Part shown: piece by piece, positions 21,857 through 32,277 of the stretch | Numbering within the stretch: the stretch's first letter is position 1 | Layout of the letters: the number at the start of each line of letters is the position of its first letter | NCBI GenBank assembly: GCA_001600695.1 | Contig: BCKQ01000002.1 | Location: 2,360,151-2,424,150, forward strand | DNA length: 64,000 bases | Source of the DNA: Ascoidea asiatica JCM 7603 | Taxonomy: Eukaryota > Fungi > Ascomycota | Direction: 5' to 3' | The notes under the pieces: generated by a model | What the model saw: the letters and a program-made list of their open reading frames with translations, nothing else | What the model was told of the DNA's origin: nothing | Databases searched by the model: none | Made by a program: the position numbers and the translations under genes

Positions 21857-22650
21857 TTTAAATAACTAAGGTATATCTATAAATGACTATATTCATAAAA
21901 TAGTTGACTTGATGTCCTAGAATTCTATAATTTCAAAACAATAATTATTTCTACATTTCTAGGATATTTATAATATTTCAGTTTTTTTAGCTATATACTA
22001 AAAATGAATTTAAATAAATATATTTCCATTATTGTTTCCATTATCAATTCTATTTTTATTATAACCAAACTTAAATAACAATAGTATAAAAAGCACAAAA
22101 ATAGTACATTCCATTTTTCTTTAAACCATTGAAAAATAGTAGCAATATTATTTGTGCGTTTTCTATGATTCATTAGTTAATTTTTTTGAAGGTTTGAAAT
22201 CCAACGGTTGAAAACTCGTGGATTTTGCAAAAAATATTGATTGAATACCTCCAAAGTATTTTTGAACAAAAAAAAGTGAAACAAAATAACAGTGGTCATT
22301 TGAAAAGTTTCAAGGTTTTTCTGATCTGGAAATAAAAAGTTTGGTTGGATCAATGCAACAGCCACTATTGTGGCTATTGTAAGTGGAATAACTTAAATGG
22401 AACAATTTAAGGTTTAGGTCCTCTGCCGTTTTAGACTCAAACGGACCTGCATACAAATCTCGGCCTGATTTGGACTGGCCTAAAAATCCGGTTCTGAAAT
22501 TTAGGATTCGGCTGGCTTTCTGTCACTCAAATCTCCAAAAATGCATCTCTCAAAAACTTTCAAAAATCTATCATAAAATGCATATTTTTCTTAATAAAAA
22601 AACTGACGACTATCATTGCAAGTTTCAAATAAATATGCTTCCCCAGAAAA
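21810..22650 (-). repeat. Right arm of long inverted repeat (core 21810-22512)
   Basis: Reverse complement of 9086-9903. Confidence 0.97.
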
Positions 22651-22744
22651 GATGAAAGAGTTCTTCCAATATTAGTTACTTTCAGAGAAAAGAGTCATAA
22701 AATGCAAAATATCCGCCCGAAGAATAATTTTGGTTCCGGAGATG

Positions 22745-23234
22745 TGATTGTAGTTCGAACGAAATATCTAATTATTACTAAGAAGATATCTAACTCAAAT
22801 TATAAACAATTGTTAATTGAAATATAAAACATATACAAATTATATAAAAAATATGGGAGGTAAGTGCCCTATTTATATTAGTGGAAAATAGGAGCGGGTA
22901 ACCCATCATAAGAATAAATTTGTAAATTTAGTATGTGAAAGTTCACTTCCCATACTTAAGAAAAGAAATAGAATAAAGTATTGTTCTAGAAGACACTACG
23001 TCATTCTAAGAACAAACACGAAAATTCCAGTACATTTGAGATGCACACAGAACTTCGATGAAAGAATAAATAATGCAGACCCAGAACGTTCTAGTACATT
23101 TAAAATGCACACGGAAGTTCTGAGAACGCAATAGAATGTAGTCGTAGAACAATCTATGCAATCGTAGAAAGTCTATGAATAGCCTAAAATATTCGAAGAC
23201 AATTCTAATAAAACAATAAAATGATTAACAATCA
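22745..23234 (-). mobile_element. Solo LTR of a retrotransposon (490 bp)
   Basis: TGATTGT...ACAATCA termini (TG..CA, 7-bp inverted ends); GATG directly on both flanks (4-bp TSD); TATAAATAG on - strand; second copy at 42408-42731. Confidence 0.85.
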
Positions 23235-23551
23235 GATGCCTTTTTCCATAAAAAATGCTCGAAAATCCGCCCCTCGAGAATTCCGGTTTTCCCATGCCAA
23301 TCTTTAATTTAGTACATCTTTTAGAAAGAACTAGAAAAAGGGAAAAAAGAGAAAAAAGAGAAAAAAGAAAAAATTTGAATTGGAGTGATAATCGTAGATT
23401 TGTTATTTAATACTTATAAGGCTTTAATATACAGCAAGTAATAACTTTCAGATTAAATTTAACTCTTAGAATATCTGAAAGGGCACTCCAACTCATCAAA
23501 TTCAAGCATTTAAGGGCTTTTTAAATTTTGTGACAGGAAATATTCTTTTAA

Positions 23552-25141
23552 ATGGAAAATTCAATTCAGCTAGAAAATTTGAATCAAAATTCAATAACAG
23601 CTTCTTTTCAAAATGAATTTGCATCTAGGAGAAAAATAAATGACTTCAGTATTGGAGCTTTTGATGATATAAATGATTTGAATGAAAACTATTCAAATGA
23701 TATAAATAATACAAATAATACAAATAAAGCAATTAATGTAACTGATCAAAATATTGTCAACCATGAAGGAGATATAAATGATCCTCAAGATGAAACTAAT
23801 CAAGCTTTATTCCAAGATTATCCTGAGGGTGGTTTACAGGCATGGCTTGTTGTTTTTGGTTCTTTTCTTGGATTAATTGTAGTTTTTGGTTTAGTTAATT
23901 CATTAAGTGCAGTTGAAGCATATATTTCCAAACATCAATTAAAAAATGTCAATACATCGACTATTGGATGGGTTTTTAGTATACATTTATTCATAACATT
24001 TATTGGAAGTGTTCTTACTGGTGAATTATTTGATATTAAGGGACCAAAATTACCAATGATTGTAGGAACAATTTTGGTTGGTTTAGGATTATTTATTACA
24101 GGAAATTGTAAAAATGTAATTCAATTTATAATTGCATTTAGTATTATTACACCATTAGGTATTGCAATTGCAATGGCTCCATTAGTTGGTATTATACCAC
24201 ATTATTTTGATAAAAAAAGAGGTTTTGCAACTTCTTTAGCAACTATTGGAGGTTCTGTTGGAGGTTGTATATTTCCAATAATGTTAAGAAATTTATATTC
24301 CAAAGTAGGTTTCACTTGGGCATTAAGAATATTTTCTTTAACTTGTGTATTTTGTTTAATTCTTTCTACTATCTTATTAAAACCCAGAATTTCATATAAA
24401 GAATTAAATAAATTAAAAATTTCAAGTAATAACAATAATATTATCAATAATAATAATATTGTTGAAAATGAAGGGGATAAAAAAAATATTATGAATAAAT
24501 ATTTTTCAATATTTTTTGAATATATTAAAGGATCATTTGATTTTAGATCAGCATTCAAAGATGCAAGATTTATTACATGTGTTTTAGCAATTTTATTTTC
24601 TGAATCATCTTTAACTACAGCTTCAACATATTTTGCATCATATACAATATTTCAAGGAATTAATGAAAATACATCATATTTTTTAATTACATTAATTAAT
24701 TTATCTGGAATTCCAGGTAGATTAGTTTGTGGATATTTAGCAGATAAATTTGGTACATTTAATGTTATGACAATAATGATTTTTTTATCAGCAATAATTT
24801 GTTTATCAATTTGGTTACCATTTGGACAAAATTTAATTGGATTATATTTATTTTCAATATTTTATGGATTTACAAGTGCTTCAGTTTTAAGTCTTACACC
24901 AGTTTGTGTTGGAAAAATTTCAAGAGTTGAAGAATTTGGTAAAAGATATAGTACAATGTATTTTTTTGTTTCTTTTGGTAGTTTAGTTGCAATTCCATTA
25001 GCAGGATTAGTTATTGGAAATGAATCTAAAAGACAATATAATTATTTTGTTGTTTTTATAAGTATTTTAATGAGTATTGGTGTTATATTTTGGTTAATTT
25101 CAAGATATGTTGCAGTTAAACTTAGAATTTGTAAATATTAA
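23552..25141 (+). CDS. MFS monocarboxylate-porter-family transporter (Mch4/Mch5-like)
   Basis: YPEGGLQAWLVVFGSF, HYFDKKRGFATSLATIGGSVGG, IPGRLVCGYLADKFG, EFGKRYSTMY; ~12 TM segments. Confidence 0.9.
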   Translation: MENSIQLENLNQNSITASFQNEFASRRKINDFSIGAFDDINDLNENYSNDINNTNNTNKAINVTDQNIVNHEGDINDPQDETNQALFQDYPEGGLQAWLVVFGSFLGLIVVFGLVNSLSAVEAYISKHQLKNVNTSTIGWVFSIHLFITFIGSVLTGELFDIKGPKLPMIVGTILVGLGLFITGNCKNVIQFIIAFSIITPLGIAIAMAPLVGIIPHYFDKKRGFATSLATIGGSVGGCIFPIMLRNLYSKVGFTWALRIFSLTCVFCLILSTILLKPRISYKELNKLKISSNNNNIINNNNIVENEGDKKNIMNKYFSIFFEYIKGSFDFRSAFKDARFITCVLAILFSESSLTTASTYFASYTIFQGINENTSYFLITLINLSGIPGRLVCGYLADKFGTFNVMTIMIFLSAIICLSIWLPFGQNLIGLYLFSIFYGFTSASVLSLTPVCVGKISRVEEFGKRYSTMYFFVSFGSLVAIPLAGLVIGNESKRQYNYFVVFISILMSIGVIFWLISRYVAVKLRICKY

Positions 25142-25159
25142 ATAAACTAATTATATAGT

Positions 25160-26218
25160 CTATAGAGCAAAATAAGCTTTTGGTTTATAACATTCATCAA
25201 GATAATTAATATCAGAATCAGATAATTTTAAAGTAGAAGCAATAATTAAATCATCAACTCTTTTTAAAGAAGAAACTCCAACTATTGGAGAAGTACCTTT
25301 ATGAATATTCCAAGCTATGGCAATTGTAGCCATTGAAACATTTAATTTTTTTGATAAAATTTCAACTCTTTTTATAGTTTCAAAATCAGAATCGTTAAGA
25401 GTACTTTTAATATATTTATAAATTGTACTTTCTTGTCTAAGGGTTTTATTTTCTGATTTTGAGTTATTATTATCAGAATTATTCAATGGACGAGTTAATA
25501 AACCTTGAGCTAATGGAGACCAAGGTATAATACCAATACCATTTTCATTACAGTATGGAATCATTTCTCTTTCTTCTTCTTTATATAATAAATTATAATA
25601 ATTTTGCATTGAAATAAATTTATGATAATTATATTTCTCAGCAATATTTTGATAATTAATAAATTGATAAGCTTTCATTGAAGAAGCACCAATATATCTT
25701 ACTAAACCTTTATCAATAATATCATTTAAAGCTTTCATAGTTTCTTTTTGAGGAGTATTTGGATCAAATCTTGCAATTTGTAAAACATCAATATAAGTAC
25801 CTAATCTTTTAACTGAATTTTCAACAGAATCAAATAAAAATTTTCTTGATAAACCCATTTGATTGATTAATTCAGATTGAGGTAAATCATGTAAATTTGT
25901 AAAATTTACAGACATATTATCTATATCAATTTTTAAAAATAATTTATCTAAAATTACAATTGTATCTCTTTTAATTTTAAATTTTTTCAAAAATTTACCA
26001 ATTAAAGATTCTGAAATACCATTTGAATAAAAATCAGCAGTATCAAAAGTTCTAATACCATTATCATAACATTTTTTAAAAATATCCATAATTTCATCTT
26101 CATCTTCTAAAGCCCAATTTTGCCATTCTTTTTTACCAAAACCCATACAACCTAATATAACATTTGAAATTTTTAAACCTGAGTTACCAAGATTTTTATA
26201 AATAATTTTTGAAGACAT
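25160..26218 (-). CDS. Aldo-keto reductase (YPL088W / aryl-alcohol dehydrogenase-like)
   Basis: LGNSGLKIS.VILGCM, FDTADFYSNG.SE, GLSRK, VRYIGASSM, ISMQNYYNLLY, IPWSPLAQGLL. Confidence 0.93.
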   Translation of the reverse strand: MSSKIIYKNLGNSGLKISNVILGCMGFGKKEWQNWALEDEDEIMDIFKKCYDNGIRTFDTADFYSNGISESLIGKFLKKFKIKRDTIVILDKLFLKIDIDNMSVNFTNLHDLPQSELINQMGLSRKFLFDSVENSVKRLGTYIDVLQIARFDPNTPQKETMKALNDIIDKGLVRYIGASSMKAYQFINYQNIAEKYNYHKFISMQNYYNLLYKEEEREMIPYCNENGIGIIPWSPLAQGLLTRPLNNSDNNNSKSENKTLRQESTIYKYIKSTLNDSDFETIKRVEILSKKLNVSMATIAIAWNIHKGTSPIVGVSSLKRVDDLIIASTLKLSDSDINYLDECYKPKAYFAL

Positions 26219-27544
26219 TTTGAGAATATATTATATAATTAATTGATGAATTGATATATAGTAGTATACTTAATTGAATTGAGATGAGATGAAAAGTTAA
26301 TTATTTAATCAATTGATTTATTTATATAAAATTTTATGGAATCATGAGTCTTTTTATATAATTTGATTATAATAGTAATTTTTTTTAAAACAGACACGTT
26401 AAAACTAAGTTTGTTCAATACTTCATTTGAAGAATCTGATTAAATCTCAAATCTAAATAAAAAGAAGTGGATGTTTTAGAGCTTTAATGCTTCAATGGTT
26501 TTAGACTTTTAGGATTTAAGGGCTTTAAGCAAGAAAACCTCGAAAGAAATACAACAGAATTCTCTAATAAAAGATCACATGGTTTCATGATTTAAACCTT
26601 CTTTTGTTTCACTGCCAACAATTTGACTGTTCTTTCTTCTCCAAGAAGATAAATTTAATAGAATAACAGTAGAATAACTAAAAGTAGCTTAGTAATACAG
26701 AGTTAATTTGGAATATATTCAGTAGATATTCAATGGATAAATCAAAAATGATTCAAAAAAAGACGCATTTTACGGTTTTACAACTCGAGAACAGTGATAA
26801 ATATACAGTATCTTTTAAATACTTCCATTGAATGCTTCTATTAAGTATTTTGCTGTTAATATATTTATAATGCATTCGGATCAAGACCGGATGTTGTTCG
26901 GGTATTTTTTGTACTTGGCCACAGAAAGCCACTAAAGAGGCTAGTGTCGCCAAATATTTGGGAGTTATTATTTGTCGCCATATGCATGGATTTTCTTTTT
27001 GAGGCCAGTTCTTTGGGAGAGATGAGTGTGGCTGTGCTGCTTTATTTTATGGTTTGAATACTTTTAAGCATTTGCCGAATTGTAAGCCCCCAAAGGCTTA
27101 TTTTATTCAAATATTTGTTTCATTACTCAGTACTGAAGTTAAGTAAAGTTCTTTTATTATTGTTATTTGTATTGGCTTTTTCTTACTCCTGCATCATTTT
27201 TCAGTAATTACAATAAAATGAATAATTGTTCAGAATAACGAGTCTGGTAATAATAGTAAAAGTAGTAATTAAAAAGAGAAAATTACAATGATTTGTTTGA
27301 TTTTAAATTGATTTTGATTTTTGATTTGATTAGAATTTGATTAAATTTTGATTAGATTTTGATATTAATATTAAGATTATTATTCTTATTGATATCGAAA
27401 ATTTATGTGTAATTCCATATTTGTTTAAATTTCTAGATTAAGAAGATATGATATAATAATATTATTTGACGTTTTTCATTACTATTACTATTACTATTAC
27501 TATTATTATTATTATTATTATTAATATCATTATTCTCAGTTATA

Positions 27545-28912
27545 ATGTTTTATAATTTAATAACGTGGATAATATTTCTTTTAAATTTTATTCATTATTC
27601 AAATGCAATTGATTTAGATATAACTTCAACTGAATCAATTTGTGATGCTGCTTCTTTAATTCAAGATGGTTTATTAGATTATTATCAAGGTACAACTTAT
27701 GGTGGAACTGTTGGAATGTTTGTTGATCCTTATTATTGGTGGGAAGCTGGGGAAGCTTTTGGTGGTTTAATTGATATGTGGTATTTTTGTCAAAATGATA
27801 CTTATGAAGATTTAATTTATGATGCTTTAATGCATCAAAGAGGTGATGATGATGATTATATACCTTCAAATCAATCAACAACTGAAGGTAATGATGATCA
27901 AGGATTTTGGGGTTTAACTGTACTTGAAGCAACTGAAAGAAATTTTACAAATCCACCTTCTTCTGATCCTGGTTGGTTAGCTTTATCACAAGCTGTTTTT
28001 AATACTATGTATGCAAGATGGGATTCTGATAATTGTGGTGGTGGTTTAAGATGGCAAATATTTACTTGGAATAATGGTTATTCATATAAAAATACTGTTG
28101 CAAATGGTTGTTTATTTAATATAGCTGCAAGATTAGCAAGATATACAAAAAATGATACTTATTCTGATGTTGCTGAAAAAGTTTGGGATTGGGTTGTTGA
28201 TATTGGTTTTATAAATATTACAAATAATTCAACTTTTTATATTAATGATGGTGGTAATATTGATGAAAATTGTACTGATTATACTAAAACTGAATATACT
28301 TATAATTATGGTTTATTTATCTCAGGTTTAGCTTATTTATATAATTATACTGAAGATTCAGTTTGGTTAACACATTTAGAAGGTTTAGTTTCAACTGCAA
28401 AAACTAAATTTTTTAATGATAGTATAATGTATGAAGCTTCTTGTCAAGCTGCTGGTACTTGTGATAATGATCAAAGATCTTTTAAATCTGTATTTTCAAG
28501 ATTTTTATCTCATGCTTCAATTTTAGCTCCAACAACTTATGATACTATAAGACCATTACTTGAAGCTTCTGCTGAAGCTGCTGCAAAATCTTGTGATGGT
28601 GGTACTGATGGTCATACCTGTGGTACAAATTGGAATGATGAAACTTATGATGGTAATTATGGTCTTGGTGAACAAATGTCTGCTTTAGAAGTTATTATAA
28701 ATTTATTAGCTCCAAATTTTGATTCTGCTTTAACTAATGATACCGGTGGAACTTCAACTGGTGATTCAACTGCAGGTTTAGACTCAACTTCTGATGAATA
28801 TCTTGATGAAAATGATCTTGAAATTTCTACAAAAGATAAAATTGGTGCTGCAATTTCAACTGCTTTTATTTTAGGGGGTCTTATAGTTTTAGCTGTTTGG
28901 ATGGTCTTATAA
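27545..28912 (+). CDS. DFG5: GPI-anchored GH76 mannan endo-1,6-alpha-mannosidase
   Basis: Signal peptide; SICDA..LIQ.G.LDYY.GT.YGGTVGMF..PYYWWEAGEAFGG; EGNDDQ catalytic motif; CGGGLRWQIF; hydrophobic C-terminus. Confidence 0.93.
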   Translation: MFYNLITWIIFLLNFIHYSNAIDLDITSTESICDAASLIQDGLLDYYQGTTYGGTVGMFVDPYYWWEAGEAFGGLIDMWYFCQNDTYEDLIYDALMHQRGDDDDYIPSNQSTTEGNDDQGFWGLTVLEATERNFTNPPSSDPGWLALSQAVFNTMYARWDSDNCGGGLRWQIFTWNNGYSYKNTVANGCLFNIAARLARYTKNDTYSDVAEKVWDWVVDIGFINITNNSTFYINDGGNIDENCTDYTKTEYTYNYGLFISGLAYLYNYTEDSVWLTHLEGLVSTAKTKFFNDSIMYEASCQAAGTCDNDQRSFKSVFSRFLSHASILAPTTYDTIRPLLEASAEAAAKSCDGGTDGHTCGTNWNDETYDGNYGLGEQMSALEVIINLLAPNFDSALTNDTGGTSTGDSTAGLDSTSDEYLDENDLEISTKDKIGAAISTAFILGGLIVLAVWMVL

Positions 28913-29950
28913 TCTCCATTCTATTATTACTTCATACTTCATACTTCATACTTCCTATTTCCTATTTCTTATTTCTTATTTCTTATTTCTCACTTGTATT
29001 CTATAAATAAATATAAAAATAAAAAATAATCAAATGGTTATTCACTAAAATGTCTCTAAATTATAATTACTTTCCTCTTCATTTCTTTTTTAAATTATTT
29101 TTCGATCCGGCTATCGGCCATACTCTCGGGGTTAGCTTTTAACTCCCGCAATTTTGGCTCGATTTCCAAAGAGGAATCAAAACAAGCGAATTTCAATAAT
29201 TTCTTAACAAATTTCAAAAAACCTTTAATTTGAAGCCTTTCAATAACTATTTTTACAATTTTATAAAATATTTTCATCAACAATGAGTTCATCAAGCATA
29301 TTTATATCAACAAACAATTATCTTAATTATATTGATTATCATATTTGGTACCTTTTTAATAAAAATTCTAATAAATTTCTAAATTTACTTCATATTAACC
29401 TTACATTTTTTTAACTAAAGGGTCTTTTTTTAGCTTATTTTATATTAATTTCTTAATATAGAAAAGTAAGTAATCTAAATAAATTTAAAATTAAAATCAA
29501 ACATCTTTAAATATTGAAAAAAGGATTATTTGGTTACTCCCTTAAATAAAATTAAATAAACAAAGTATTTCATGGGCTCAAAATGGCTTAAAAATTCCCT
29601 TTTTTATGGTTCAATTTATTACATTCTTTCAACAAATGATTTTTTTTTTTATTTTCATAAGCTCTACTTTAAAGAATATTCGATGTAATCCATGTAATGT
29701 TTATTTTGAAATAAAAAAAAGAAACATTTCCATAACATGTGCCTTTAAAATATTATTATTACCTATTAAATATTTTTTTGCTTAATTTTTTTTTATTTCG
29801 AATAATCAACAAATTCTTCGAAAATACTTAAAAATATGGGTTAAATTCATTTTTCTGAATTCATTATTAAACAATTCTATTTAATTAAAAAAATAATTTT
29901 AAACAATTGAATAGTTTTAGATACATAATTTTTTTTGTTTAAAAGATAAA

Positions 29951-31654
29951 ATGCATGCTCTGATTCCTAATAGATATCAAAGAAATATATCATTTAATAA
30001 AATTTTAATTCCTTTATTTTCAGTATTGTTTTTTATCACCTTAACTTCTCTTTTAATATTAACAAAACATTTGAGCGTAGGTTTGAAATCTTTTCCTGAC
30101 TATTCTTATGATGATTCAAATTATTTTTCCAAAGGTTTCAATTCAAATCTAAATAATGAATTATCTTATTCTTTAAATTTTTTAAATCAGTTTAATAGTT
30201 ATAAAGATATAACTGATATAAGATATATTCCACCAATGGCAATACAACATCTTCATAATATATCTTTAAATTATCAAAATCAAGATAATATAAATTGGTC
30301 AAATTTTGCTTATGTTCAATATGCAACAAATAATGATTATTTATGTAATGCATTAATGAATTTTGCAGATTTAAGATTAAAATATAATGTTCAAGCAGAT
30401 TTAGTTTTACTTTTCAATCAAACATCTTCAATTTCAAAAGATTCAGAAGATTTTAAAATTACTGAAAATTTATTAAAGAAAATTTCGGATGATTATAATG
30501 TTAAGATTATTAAAATAAATTTATTTCAAATTAATGAAAATGATATTGAAAATAATAGATGGATTGATTCCTTTGCAAAATTTGAGGTATTTAATTTAAT
30601 TCAATATGATAAAATTATTTATTTTGATAGTGATTCAAAATTAATTGGAAATTTAAATGAATTATTTTTTTTACCTGATGTAGATTTAGCTTTACCATTA
30701 GCGCCAAATTTCGCTTATAAAAATCTTAAAAATGAAAATAAAAAAATATTATTTATGAATGAATTGAATGAATTATCAAATGATCAATTTTTGAATAAAT
30801 TTTCTGATTATTTAGATATAAATCAAAGGGATTTAAATTTCAAAAAAAATATAATTGATAAATCTATTTTTGAATTTCAAAATTTAAAAATTATTTCAAA
30901 TAAATTTCAAATTGGAAATGAAAATAATTTCAAATATTCAACTATTTTTTATAATAATTTACCAAAATTCCAATATTTAGATAATGATTATGAGATGTTA
31001 TTAGGTGATCAATTTATGGTTATAAAACCTTCAAATAAAATATTTAAAGATTTGATGGAATTAACTAAAAATAGAAAATCAAATGAATATGATATGGATA
31101 TTTTAAATAAATATTTCAAAGCAACAAGTATTAAAGAAAGAAAATATTTGAATAATTTAAATAATAATCAATTTAATAATGATAATGAACAGATCCCAGA
31201 ATTATTAATATTACCAAGTAAAAGATATGGAACTTATTCAGGAGAATTTAGAAGAAATAAAGATGAAATTGGTCATCAATATCTTGTTTGTGATCCAATG
31301 GATTTACCTTTGCTTTACGCATCTAGAAATAAAAGAATATATTACAATAATGAGAAATATAAAGATTATCAGTTTTATTGGTTTAAAGAATGGAATACAA
31401 GATCTTTATTACAAAATGAAATTAAATTTATTCATTTTTCGGATGCACCAATTCCTAAACCTTGGATAAAACAAAACTTAGATGAAGAATATAATTCTCA
31501 AAAAGCAATTTGCCAAAATGATAATACGAGAAAAGATATATTTAATGGGAAACCGCATCAACCCAAATTTATTGACGATTGTGAAGCAAGCGATTTTTGG
31601 TTCAACTTATACGATAACTTTTTTGAATCCAGGAAATATCTTTGTGAATTATAA
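29951..31654 (+). CDS. GNT1: GT8 glucose N-acetylglucosaminyltransferase
   Basis: Type II TM anchor; FAYVQYATNNDYLCNALM, YDKIIYFDSD (DxD), YDMDILN, IHFSDAPIPKPW. Confidence 0.85.
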   Translation: MHALIPNRYQRNISFNKILIPLFSVLFFITLTSLLILTKHLSVGLKSFPDYSYDDSNYFSKGFNSNLNNELSYSLNFLNQFNSYKDITDIRYIPPMAIQHLHNISLNYQNQDNINWSNFAYVQYATNNDYLCNALMNFADLRLKYNVQADLVLLFNQTSSISKDSEDFKITENLLKKISDDYNVKIIKINLFQINENDIENNRWIDSFAKFEVFNLIQYDKIIYFDSDSKLIGNLNELFFLPDVDLALPLAPNFAYKNLKNENKKILFMNELNELSNDQFLNKFSDYLDINQRDLNFKKNIIDKSIFEFQNLKIISNKFQIGNENNFKYSTIFYNNLPKFQYLDNDYEMLLGDQFMVIKPSNKIFKDLMELTKNRKSNEYDMDILNKYFKATSIKERKYLNNLNNNQFNNDNEQIPELLILPSKRYGTYSGEFRRNKDEIGHQYLVCDPMDLPLLYASRNKRIYYNNEKYKDYQFYWFKEWNTRSLLQNEIKFIHFSDAPIPKPWIKQNLDEEYNSQKAICQNDNTRKDIFNGKPHQPKFIDDCEASDFWFNLYDNFFESRKYLCEL

Positions 31655-32277
31655 ACTAAAGTTAATTTTATATAGAAAAATACATAGCAAAATACAAACC
31701 AATTTTTTTTTTCTCAAATCTATAGTGTCAAGTATTTACAGTATCAAAAAATGGATTTTTTATGAATTTCATTTTCGTTTTGTAAACCGAAATTTAAGGT
31801 TTAGGCTAAAAAATTTTGAAATTCTAATCTCTGTACACGGCAGTTAGTTGGTGCACGTATTGTACTTAAAACATTATAGTACCTAGAAATGCATATTTTG
31901 GGTTTTGCGCGCGATTCAATTTTTATGGTCCAGTTTGGAGTTCCGCGCGCAATGATTCCAATGCACGGTTCCGCCAATTTCTGTCTGGCCCAAATGTGAT
32001 CGTTTTCTTGATGAAAAGAAAACAAAAACAAAACAGAAACCCAAAATACAGAAGCCTGAAAGAGCAAGTTTTAATTTTATTTCTTTATTGCAAAATTTCC
32101 ATTTAGAAGAGCACTGCTTTTATGAAAGAAAAGGAGAAATATTATATCTCAATTGAATTTTATAAGCATATTTTTCTTTCAAAGTCTCGCTCTTTATAAT
32201 TTGTTGTTCTGTAGATAAAAGAGAAAAAGGTGCTTTAATAAACAGTGGTCACCCAGAAAGGTTTTCATAAAATAAAA

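Noticed and set aside
9086-22650. Mating-type locus, centromere or giant TIR transposon
   Set aside because: No HMG/homeodomain MAT genes or SLA2; the interior is gene-dense with conserved genes; no transposase and no sharp outer ends or TSD
29109-29150. GGCTATCGGCCATAC resembling the 5S rRNA 5' end
   Set aside because: Similarity stops after ~15 nt; no internal control region or 3' stem
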